Shown here: positions 1-10,955 of the stretch, piece by piece
How positions within the stretch are numbered: the stretch's first letter is position 1
Layout: the number at the start of each line of letters is the position of its first letter
Source: Trichoplax sp. H2
Lineage: Eukaryota
NCBI GenBank assembly: GCA_003344405.1
Contig: NOWV01000134.1
Span: 124,001-188,000, forward strand
Reading direction: 5' to 3'
DNA length: 64,000 nucleotides
Notes under the pieces: model-generated
Databases searched by the model: none
Told to the model about the DNA's origin: nothing
The model's input: the letters and a program-made list of their open reading frames with translations, nothing else
Translations under genes and position numbers: made by a program

Positions 1-80
1 TAGGATTGTTTTGACTATATTTTTAATTTTTTTGAGGATTAAAAATAAAACCTTGTCTAACCTTACCATTTGCCACTAGC

Positions 81-1412
81 CCCCGAACTCGACTCCTAAC
101 CTTAAGCACTTTACAAGTCTACCTCGTAAATTGACCATTCGGTCTACATATACATAATTGAGATAATATAATAGTGCTGTATATAGAGAGAGACACTGTA
201 TACAATATATACCCGAACTCGATCCATAATCTTAAACACTTCACAAGTCTGCCTCATAAATTGACCATTTAGTCTACATATACATAATTGAGATAATACA
301 ATCGTACTGTACTGTATATGGAGAGGGAGACTGTATACTATATATACCTGAACTCGACCCTAATCTTAAACACTTTACAAGTTTATCCCATAAATTGACC
401 ATTCAGTATACATATGCATAATTGAGATAATATAATACTGTAGTACTGCAAAGAGAGAGAGAGACTATACAGTACACAATATATTCCTGAACTTGACGCT
501 AATCTTAAACACTTTACAAGTCTATCTCGTGAATTGACCATTCAGTCTACGTATATGTAATTGAGATCATACAATGGTACTGCATGGAGAGAGAGAGACT
601 ATATACAATATATACCCGAACTCAATCCCTAATCTTAAATACTTTTCAAGTCTATCTCGTAAATTGACCATTTAGTCTACATACACATAATTGAGATAAT
701 ATAATAGTACTGTAGAGAGAGAGAGAGAGAGACTGTATATAATCTATACCCGTAAATTGGCCATTTAGTCTACATATACATAATTAAGATAATATAGCAG
801 TACTGTATAGAGAGAGAGAGAGGGAGAGAGAGACTGTATATAAGATATACCCATAAATTGACCATTTAGCCTACATATACATAATTGAGATAATATAACA
901 GTACTGTACTGTATAGTGAGAGAGAGAGACTGTATATAATATATACCCGTAAATTGATCATTTAGTCTACATATACATAATTGAGATAATATAACAGTAC
1001 TGTACTGTACTGTATAGAGAGAGAGAGAGACTGTATATAATCTATATCCGTAAATTGGCCATTTAGTCTACATAATACTGTACATAATTGAGATAATATA
1101 ACAGTACTGTATAGAGAGAGGGAGAGACTGCATATAATATATACCCGTAAATTGACCATTTAGTCTACATATATATAATTGAGATAATATAACAGTACTG
1201 TATAGAGAGAGAGAGAGACTGTATATAATATATACCCGTAAATTGATCATTTAGTCTACATATATATATATAATTGAGATAATATAACAGTACTGTATTG
1301 TATAGAGAGAGAGAGAGACTGTATATAATATATACCCGTAAATTAACCATTTAGTCTACATATACATAATTGAGATAATATAATAGTACTGTATAGAGAG
1401 GGAAAGACTGTA
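81..1412. repeat. Tandem minisatellite array, about 12-13 units of ~85-130 bp with an embedded (GA)n tract
   Basis: Recurrent core GTAAATTGACCATTTAGTCTACATATACATAATTGAGATAATATA..AGTACTGTA..(GA)n CTGTATA. The first ~5 units carry an extra segment CCCGAACTCGA..CTAATCTTAAACACTTTACAAGTCT that is absent from later units. Confidence 0.95.
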
Positions 1413-1778
1413 TAGACGACATTATACACAGTAAGCGAACTGTTTGCGATGAGTATCGGTTCTATTGGCAAATGTACACTATGTACACATACAGTACAAC
1501 ACAAACTAGATCATCTGGAAAGGCGTAGCCCATACTGTACTGAGTGTAAAGTATGCTCACTCCATCTTAATCTTTAGCTAGGCCACGACAACGGCGTTGT
1601 TACGGCAATCTTTCCTAGCGCTAAGACGTTGTTATTGCTGTTAGGTAGACTTCAACTCAGCAAGTATCTTCATCGACAACGAGTGTATATCGATATTGGG
1701 CCATAATTAAGCAGCCTAGACTGAGATATCCCTGCAGTGACTACAAGAAGAGCAAATTAACTACGTTTTATTGGCAAG

Positions 1779-3713
1779 ATGAAGACTTGGGAATGGGCTA
1801 CTAGTTTAGTTGGGAGTGAAACGATAGCTACTTTATCTTCTGTCTCGCCGTGGCAATGGGCTGCTGGCTTAATTGGCGGTACAACAGCCGCCGTCATAGC
1901 TTATATATCGCTCAAGCCTGAAAAGGTAGTGATTATTAAGGCCAAGGAGAATCCTTGGTGGTCGGCAACACCACCAGAACTAGCCAATTTCGATACAAGT
2001 ATTCGACCATTCACAGTTTATGTCGAGCAAGATGTATTGGATGATTTAAAAGCGAGATTGAATAATGTTCGCAATTATCGTTCAATGCCTGGTTGGGATT
2101 ATGGCACTCAGAGTCAATATCTTTTACCTATCATCGAGTACTGGAAAAATGAGTATGATTGGAGAAAACAAGAAAAGATACTCAACAGCTTTGATCAATT
2201 TAAAACCAACATTAGTGGTCTCGATATCCACTTTATCCATGCCAAGCCTAAAAGTGATGCTCAAACTAATTCTCTACCGGTCAAGGTAGTTTTATTAATT
2301 CATGGTTGGCCTGGATCTGTTTTCGAATTTCACAAAGCGATACCTATGTTAAACGAGCAAGGATACACTGTTGTTGCGCCTTCATTACCTGGCTTTGGCT
2401 TTTCCGATGCACCAGAAGTATCAGGATTAGGTCCTATCGAAACCGCCAGCATCTTTGCTAAACTGATAAATCGACTAGGATACGAAAAATATTACGTTCA
2501 AGGCGGCGACTGGGGTGCAGCTATAGCTAGTGATATAGCAAAAATCGACACTAGGTTAGAAAGAACAAAAATACCATGGTCGATAGTTGAACTTATGCCC
2601 TAGCTTAACCAAGAATTACATTTTGCTTATTTATTGTCTTATGACCTATAGGCACTGTCGTGGAATACACATTAATTTTGTTACCACCATGGCCCCCAAT
2701 CCAATTTATACTTATGGTGTCGGCAGTATTTTCCCTTCTTGGGTGTTTCCAGGTAGGAATAACTATTTCTTTATGGCATCTTACGATCTCCTACACCCAT
2801 CCATAGCATCACATAGATAGCAGTTCAATTTCTAAGAAAATAGCTCTATATTGCATAGAATATTATTCCAATTTTTACTTTCTGTCATGTTTGCAGTCAA
2901 TATAATCTTCCGGGGGTACCCTTATGTCATCAGTTATTTTACTATAATATATGAGCATAGTATCCATTTGCATTCATGATCATTACTTACGTTTTAGATC
3001 CAGAGGAAAGGAAGCGCCATCTGCCAGTTTTAGCCCGCATAATGGATTTTGTTCATGAAGCTAGTTACTTTATTATACAAAGTACTAGACCAGATACACC
3101 AGGCTTCGCACTTAACGACTCTCCTATAGGATTAGCTGCGTGGATCTTGGAAAAATTTGTTCGCTGGTCTGGCTGCGCCTACGAAGAAGACTATACGGCT
3201 TGCATGGAAGAGAAATTTACAAGAGACGAGTTAATTACCAATATCATGATCTACTGGGTAACGCAGAGTATTATGACTTCGATGCGATTTTATAAAGAGT
3301 GTCTCGTTAATGATATGGATGCAGGAAAGTAAGTTAGCTTATCCTATCGATCCGTCATCCAAGTAGAGGATGATGAAATCATTGTACTACTATAACTTAA
3401 AGGAACAGGTTAAGCGCTAAACTAGAGATATTTTACTAATTAACAGTAACCTATCCATTGTTTCAGAGCCGAAGTTCTACTCCCTGTAGGCATAGCTGAT
3501 TTTCCGTATGAAATGGCCAGGCCACCTCGTCGATGGGTTCGCCACCAATACAAGCAAATTATTACCTACAACACTATGCCTGACGGAGGCCATTTTGCTG
3601 CTTTGGAAAAGCCAAACTTGCTTATACCAGATTTTCTGCAGTTCGTGGCTAAAACTGAAGAATTATATGCTCAGAAAAAAATAAATATACCACCAGCAGT
3701 TGATCCCATGTAA
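1779..3713 (+). CDS. EPHX1: Microsomal epoxide hydrolase (EPHX1/JHEH family), 4 exons
   Basis: Exons 1779-2554, 2652-2752, 2998-3328 and 3467-3713 join in frame through GT-AG introns. N-terminal hydrophobic anchor, YDWRKQEKILN EH N-domain, HGWP oxyanion motif, GGDWG nucleophile, LNDSPIGLAAWILEKF, FPYE acid, GGHFAALE catalytic His. Confidence 0.93.
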
Positions 3714-4316
3714 CATTGCAAAATAGATACTACTTTTGTCACATTTAGCTAGTAAAATTAGATAAACTGAATAGCATTTATAAAATAGCAGATTATCACT
3801 TTTCTTTTGATTCAATATTGATCATGGTGATGTTTGAAATTTTCTTATTTATACTTAGTAAAGTCCAGTAGCAGTAGAGTAACATTATGGGTAATACGAA
3901 TCATAGCAAGATAACGTCTCAGGTATCCACTTTTTTTTAGTAAAGAAACCAGGTGTTAGCACCAATAGTCTTCATCATACCTGTTGGCTTACTCTCATGC
4001 TCTGTCAGTTTTATCGCTAATTTCCAAGATTGCAATGTTTTTAGCACTCGCACAACACTTTGGATAGAACCAATGCACTACCAACTGTGGTACTGTTTTT
4101 GTTGAGTGAAAATATGTATTTTAAATTGCAGACAGCTTACCGTTAGCGATAGATTACTATCTGACGCAATAAGAATTTGTTTGTGCAAGAAAAAATTGTA
4201 TTTTGATAACTCATTTTATTGGCAATAAAGATAAAATTTGGTTAAATGTCATTTTGTGATGACAATGATATGTGTACTGGCATTATCGACGATCATCACA
4301 GAGCAATACTGCTATA

Positions 4317-4754
4317 ATACTCAGTAGGCTAATACATTGTTCATGCAAGAGAGCTGTGCAAGTAATTTGCACGTTCTAAGGCAAAATGCAAAGCCGAATG
4401 ATATTGCAATAGCCGATGTAGTAAAATTATATTATACTTGACCATCACTCTATTTCAGCTTTATACTCAGTAGGCTAACTCATTGTTCATGCAAGAGAGC
4501 TATGCAAGTAATTTGCACGTTTTAAGGCAAAATGCAAAGCCGAATGATATTGCGATAGCCGATGTAGTAAAATTATATTATACTTGACTATCACTCTATT
4601 TCAGCTTTATACTCAGTAGGCTAACTCATTGTTAATACAAGAGAGCTATGCAAGTAATTTGCACGTTCTAAGGCAAAGTGCAAAGCCGAATGATATTGCA
4701 ATAGCCGGTGTAGTAAAATTATATTATACTTGACTATCACTCTATTTCAGCTTT
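4317..4754. repeat. Three near-identical tandem copies of a 146-bp unit
   Basis: ATACTCAGTAGGCTAA...CACTCTATTTCAGCTTT starts at ~4317, ~4463 and ~4609. Confidence 0.95.
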
Positions 4755-5169
4755 AAACTACGATTGGTAGTAACCATGCTAAATTTAGCCAGTAGATTCG
4801 CAAAAATAAATGATAGAGGCTAGTTAGAAGGATCAAATGAGAAAACAAGTTGACAATAAGTTGATTTCTATTTAATATAGTGGTAAGTTGAAGTTTAAAA
4901 TGATGGTGAAAAAAATTGCAATAATATATGTATGATATCTATGGTAATATGAGTTAAGCAATCTACGCACCTTCATAGTCTAACCTCTCAAGAAATGTGT
5001 ATCGAATTTATTGATAGTGCTACAATATTATAAAACTAGACAACGATGGAGTAGCAAAAATAAATTTAAACGCTACATACAACACTAAAGTCTTCTAGAA
5101 TTACAACGGTGTTTTCATCAGCCAAACGCTTAAATAGTATAGCCTGATAGCCATTAACATGCTAATTGT

Positions 5170-6645
5170 CTATCTCTTCCTAAAGCCTACGTGTACACCA
5201 TTAGCGGGAGACAAGGTAGTACCGCATTTTAATTGTATCGGTACATCCGTCTCTTTAGTTACAATTAATTCTACCTTTTGTAAAATTTTAACTATAGCTA
5301 ATTTAACTTCTACCATGGCTAATCTCATTCCGATGCAATTGCGTGGCCCATTACCAAATGGAAGATAGGTACATGGATCACGTTTCGATTTCTCTTCGGA
5401 TGTAAATCGCTCCGGTCTAAATTGTTCTGGTTCAGGCCAAATTTTAGGATCATGATGAATTGCGTAAACAGGGATGCCAATCATAGCCTCTTTTGAGACT
5501 TGAAGACCATCAATTTCCATATCTTCTTTTATATCGCGATTGAAATGGAAAACAGGCGGATACATTCTTAATGTTTCAGCGATTACCATTTCCAAATACG
5601 GTAAATCGCCTACACTATCGTAATCTACTGAATCAGTTTCGCTCAATTTATCACTTATTTCGTCAAAGACTCGTTGTTGTATCTCAGGATTTGTTGCTAA
5701 CGAGTGGGTTGCAAATGCTAGTGCATTTGCTGTAGTTTCGTAACCTGCTGCAAGAAATAATAATGCTTGAGCAACAACCTCCTGATCGTTTAACTTGTCG
5801 CTATCGCCAGCTTCCAACATTTGTTGTAAAATATCTCTACGACAGGCTATACCTTGGGCCATGTTTCTTCTTCTTTCTTTGATTACTTGTTTACAAGTTT
5901 TCACAAGATAATGTGTGGAATTCATAAATTGACCTCCTAATTTCGGTTCTAATACACGAAATAAGGACGGTGCAAATATCAGTAAGAATTGTAAGGGGCC
6001 AGGAGAAATTTCAAACAGGCCTCTGGCAGCATTAGTTAACTTTTCTTCATGCTCTTTCGATTCGAATTCTATACCGAATGCAGTTGCTAGAATCACTTCC
6101 ATAGTAAATTTACCACAAGTTCTCCATAAATCGATCGATTGACCGTCTTGCTCTGCTTTCAGTATCGTTGCAACTAGGCGATCTCCAGCTTTATCAATAA
6201 AGGCCATAATCGCCTTTAATTTTGAAGCACTAAACGTAGGCAATAAGATATTCCGGATACGTTTCCAATCGGTGCCTTTTAGTTCGAGCAACATTTCACC
6301 AAAAGGCTCAATACCATTTACCAAAGAATAGCGATCGGAAAAATTGGAAAAATTCTTAATACAAACCGATTTTAAAAGATTGGGTTCGCTCACCCATATA
6401 GCAGGTATAGAGAAAAAGAGACCACCATAAACACGACCGTATTTTTCTTGATTTTTTAACTGACCAAGATGTTGTACGGCAGGGTGATAATCCATTAGGT
6501 TACCAACAATAGGTTTAGGAAATGGAACTTTCAGGCCTAACTTCCTCAACAGACGATAAGGTCTAATCCATGATTTGTACAAGTACCAAGCTAGACCAAC
6601 TAGAACAAGTTGTAGTATCTGCGATGTCGAAGGTATCCAGTTCAT
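5170..6645 (-). CDS. Cytochrome P450, CYP3-clan-like, single exon, 491 aa
   Basis: N-terminal membrane anchor and proline hinge, WKRIR C-helix, AGYETT I-helix, ETLR K-helix, FRPERF, heme motif PFGNGPRNCIG. Confidence 0.96.
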   Translation of the reverse strand: MNWIPSTSQILQLVLVGLAWYLYKSWIRPYRLLRKLGLKVPFPKPIVGNLMDYHPAVQHLGQLKNQEKYGRVYGGLFFSIPAIWVSEPNLLKSVCIKNFSNFSDRYSLVNGIEPFGEMLLELKGTDWKRIRNILLPTFSASKLKAIMAFIDKAGDRLVATILKAEQDGQSIDLWRTCGKFTMEVILATAFGIEFESKEHEEKLTNAARGLFEISPGPLQFLLIFAPSLFRVLEPKLGGQFMNSTHYLVKTCKQVIKERRRNMAQGIACRRDILQQMLEAGDSDKLNDQEVVAQALLFLAAGYETTANALAFATHSLATNPEIQQRVFDEISDKLSETDSVDYDSVGDLPYLEMVIAETLRMYPPVFHFNRDIKEDMEIDGLQVSKEAMIGIPVYAIHHDPKIWPEPEQFRPERFTSEEKSKRDPCTYLPFGNGPRNCIGMRLAMVEVKLAIVKILQKVELIVTKETDVPIQLKCGTTLSPANGVHVGFRKR

Positions 6646-7114
6646 GTTGTAGTTCTAATCTCGTGTGTAAATCGTTTCGATACAGTATATCTGACTAAAT
6701 CAAACGCAGTATTAACTTTATATCTAGTGCTTTGAATTCAAAGCGATATCGATATTGACACTAGGAATGACCTTCAACACGGCTTATAGGCAGCAAATAA
6801 TGACCGTAGAGGCTGGAACAAGCCCTTTACTAATAAAGTCAATAGCTAGGATGGCATAGCACTGCCATATTCCTATAGCCAGAAACAATTATACCGGTCA
6901 TCATCATAACAATCAACATTGGCCATTAATTAATTTAAATAGACATTGTATATTATTTGGCCATTAATTATGCTAATATTATTTGATTCGCTATTGATCG
7001 ATGGATATGTTATGGTTAATGTCAAAAAATGGCAATCGTATAGAATAATCGGTCAGCCTATACGTTCACCGACCAAATGGTAATTCTATACGCCGGTAAT
7101 TCTACTCGACAACC

Positions 7115-7556
7115 GGTCAAAGTTTGCCATTCTTAAGCTATTAAGCTATCATTCCCTAGCTCACATTCTCCATCTTTTGATGGAGAACATACGATCCGTA
7201 AGCTATCATTCCCTAGCTCACATTCTCCATCTTTTGATGGAGTTGAGTTGAGTAGGTCAAAGTTTGCCATTTATAAATGATGGAGAACATACGATCCTTA
7301 AGCTATCATTCCCTAGCTCACATTCTCCATCTTTTGATGGTAGTGCAGTTGAGTAGGTCAAAGTTTGCCATTTATAAATGATGGAGAATAAACGATCCTT
7401 AAGCTATCATTCCCTAGCTCATATTCTCCATCTTTTGATGGTAGTGCAGTTGAGTAAGTCAAAGTTTGCCATTTATAAATGATGGATAATATACGATCCT
7501 TAAGCTATCATTCCCTAACTGATATTCGCCATCTTTTGATGGAGTCGAGTTGAGTA
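7115..7556. repeat. Tandem array of ~101-bp units with internal inverted repeats
   Basis: TAAGCTATCATTCCCTA recurs at ~7142, 7199, 7299, 7400 and 7501. Units contain CCATC-TTTT-GATGG inverted repeats. Confidence 0.92.
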
Positions 7557-8009
7557 GTCCCTGGTGCTACAGTACTATAGTACAGTGTACAGTACAGTAG
7601 ATTGAAAAGGATCTTGAGTGTAGACCACCAATGTGGTATGTATTTATCTTAGTGATTATACAATACCCCACTCTTTTCAGTCAATTAAGGGTTATGCATA
7701 GCCATGACACAAACAGTCATGCCATGCCTAGGACTACGGTTTCAGAGCTTAGGTTGACTCGTGTTGCAGACTGCTATACTGTAGTACTGCAGATAGACTA
7801 CCCCAAAATGGACTCCACTGATATTGGATCACTATAGTCCATGGGCCTTGTAACGCGTAGTAAAGTAAGGTAGTAGAGCACGCTTGCCAGGAGAATATTG
7901 CCTGCAGACTTTGCCTCAATTCTGCTCGTAATTCTGCTTGCAATTCCTCTTGCAATTAGCTTTCAAAGCAGTTGATAACGACACGTAGAGAGATCAGAAT
8001 CCATTGGCC

Positions 8010-8267
8010 ATGCCAGCCCACGCTGGATTCCTTGCTAGGACTGTTTTTGTTCGAAATAACGCTATTGAGGCAGGCTATAAATCATTGCAAAGGATATTAA
8101 ACAGAGAATGGATACCGCAAAAAGTAGAGAGAAAACGATATTATGAAAAACCCACCGTTAAACGACGACGATTAGAGCATGAAAAATGCAATCGAATATT
8201 GCTACGAGAATCCAAGAAAAGAGTCGATTTTATCATGGCAAGACATCGACCATCACCTTGGATTTAA
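8010..8267 (+). CDS. MRPS21: Mitochondrial ribosomal protein S21 (bS21m), single exon, 85 aa
   Basis: ATG at 8010. MPAHAGFLARTVFV..NAIEAGYKSLQRIL..RKRYYEKPTVKRRR..C.RI..KRVDFIMARHRPSPW matches the metazoan MRPS21 pattern. Confidence 0.9.
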   Translation: MPAHAGFLARTVFVRNNAIEAGYKSLQRILNREWIPQKVERKRYYEKPTVKRRRLEHEKCNRILLRESKKRVDFIMARHRPSPWI

Positions 8268-9014
8268 TGCCATTTACTTTATTCTACTGCGTGGTCATCA
8301 ATGCAAGGAAATGGGTATAGAGGACGCGGTGAAAACACCACACTATTCCAACATGGATGCCCTTGGCGAGATGGATAATTGATTTTTCTATCAGCCGTCA
8401 GCGAATCCAATTCCATCTCAACATCGCTACTCTTCGTTACAAATTGAATCATTGCTAGCTAGTATTATAAAGACTACTCCACAATCCGATCATTCTAGTA
8501 TAATAAAATTGCATCACTTCAATCGTTGTATCATGCATAAAACTTCAAAAGTAATCGTAAATTTAGAATCAGTATTTTATATGCAAGCCCATGCATTCAG
8601 TAACATGCTAGCGTATGCTTTTGTATAGTATTTCTCTTTTAATATGTACAGTACATTGGTAAACGGCCTAGATGGAATGGTGGACATGCATTGCTTATGC
8701 TATTTTACCACTTTCCTTGACAGGGTTAGAATCTTCGCTGTACAGGGTAAAATCGGCCTTAATTTCTTACTAAAAGTCCATAATCACATCGCTTGACATT
8801 GTAAAAATGGAGCGTTGAATTAGAGTACGCTTTGAATAGAATATTGTATATTAACGCTGTCTATACCTCCATTTTTATATTACGTGTAAAACTAAATGTG
8901 TAGTGTAACGTTGCCTGCGGTATATAGAAATTATTATCAAGACCATAACGCTGTGATGGATGCCGATAATCCTATGCCAGCGAAGGATGGTTCAAAATGA
9001 AATGCATATATATT

Positions 9015-10642
9015 TCATCCAAAACATTGGACTGTCTTTTGATTGAACCATGTTGTCTTGACATGCTTGCATGCATAGTTAGATTGGCGCGTGTTGACTT
9101 CCGGTACACATTTATTGAACTTACTACACCTAGATATTGAAAACTTACTTTATCAATGACGGATATAGCCAGCCCCATAATGGATATTGCACTAGCAGAT
9201 ATGCAAGGTGAAATCAATAAAAACTGTCTATAAATTAAAAACACGATTACGGGGCATCGTTTATTCATAGACTACAAGAAGATTCCTTCTAGGTTGTCTT
9301 CTACTACAGTAGTTCATGCCTTGCTGTCCTCGTGTACATGGACTCTTTTAGTGATATCTGACCTACTGAGCAAGTAAATTGGCTACAGCATCTAATAACA
9401 CTGCATGTATGTGTTATCGGATATCGAAATCCACAAGCATTCTCGAATACTGTCCATGATGATTCTTACTAGCCTGACTGTATTCTAATCGAATAACTAT
9501 TCACTAAATTCCATCTTTAGCTGATGATACACTACTACTTGCAGGCTAATTACAGCCAGAAATACTACTACTTATAATCGATTCTCTCTCCACGCGATGA
9601 AACTTATACTGTACGAATGTAGAACAGTGATTGCTTTCCATCTTACAGTCATAAACCTGCAGTGAATTAAAATCTACATACCAGACATACAACATACTCG
9701 TATAGGGTATGTTGCTGACTAATATGTACAAATTTAAAGATAACAAAGAGAAGATGTGTATTCTTAATACAGCAAGGACTTGCATGCAATGAGGTAGATA
9801 GTACTTTGGTGCTAACTATTAAATAAAGTTGTGCTTATAACAATATCGCATTAAATTCGGACTATTGAAAAGTAGGACAAATCACCTAGTGTTATTAAAA
9901 TAATACGTTGATTCTTGGTTGATTGTGGTCTGTAGATTTGATATACCAACAGATGGAATTGAAGGAATAGTAACTTACATGCAATCTAGTTCCCAGGCTG
10001 ATCTTAAAGTAGGCCTAGTAGCTGTTCTACTGATAATAATTGTCGTTTATAGAGAGAATATATCGGTATCAATTGAGCCTAATGAACCGTAAGAAAGAAA
10101 TGACAATAACATTCTTTATCAACAACTTTACAATCGTGACATTAACTACTAATGGACAGATCAGGCAATCCAATTTAAAGTAGAATCGATGTATATTTAA
10201 TAATAGTTAGGTTGATTATTATTCTAGATTTATCATTTTCTATGCTCAAGCGAAAGGTAAAAATAATAAACTAAAGTCGATGCATAACGAGAGCCAAATG
10301 ATTATAACTTCAAAGTGGTTATATCATGATCTCTGTAGCTACAGCACGAGGATTATTTTACTTGTATATCGAAGTGACGCCTTTGAATTCTGGTATATTA
10401 CTTATTATGAAAATATAACCAGCAGCTCTTGATAAGATACAAGTAACAAGTACGATAATCGAGATATCCCGCAATGCAAAGCTTGTTGATTCTACAATCA
10501 TTTATAATATAATATCAAATACTCAATGACTAATTATAATTATCAACTATTGTCAAGCTCGAGCCAAAAATTTTCCACCTGTCAATTCGATACATTCAAT
10601 ACCAACAAGTAGAAGACAAAGCATGGTTGTATAATAATGCAT
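9015..10642 (-). CDS. Candidate micro-exon gene encoding a ~178-aa Cys-rich, probably secreted protein of unknown family
   Basis: Phase-compatible GT-AG exons on the minus strand: 10642-10579, 10491-10362, 10029-9979, 9929-9907, 9811-9771, 9656-9610, 9545-9505, 9391-9367, 9129-9015. Signal-like start MHYYTTMLCLLLVGIEC and 8 Cys in the last seven exons. The 5' exons are less certain and one intron is only 49 nt. Confidence 0.5.
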
Positions 10643-10955
10643 ATGCAACTTTTACATCCAATTCAATCACCTAGTTCTAGTAGTTGATATTTTGTTAGAC
10701 AGTTATCGTATTAGTATAGTACAATACATGATAGGTAAGTAACAATACCAGTACATGAAAAAAATGAATGAAATATGTATCTGCTCCACAGTAAAACAGC
10801 ATTACAACATTTGGTCTACGAAATGTTAGTAGAATTAAGATAGAAAATCACCAATTCAAGAGCTTTCTTAATCATCAATAAAGTTCGAAACATAATGATC
10901 TACTTTTAATGCAATGTATTGCCATGATAACATCAAATCCAGGTTATAATATATA

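Noticed and set aside
81-1412. CRISPR-like appearance of the repeat array, and its ORFs (962-1350, minus)
   Set aside because: The units are contiguous with no unique spacers, there are no cas genes, and the context is eukaryotic. The ORFs are translations of the repeat.
7749-7955. ORF with QEELQAELRAELRQ periodicity
   Set aside because: Non-ATG start, and the periodicity comes from a short 12-bp repeat in the MRPS21 upstream region.
8972-9268. 98-aa minus-strand ORF
   Set aside because: No recognisable motif. A different frame of the same DNA gives the Cys-rich terminal exon of the candidate micro-exon gene.
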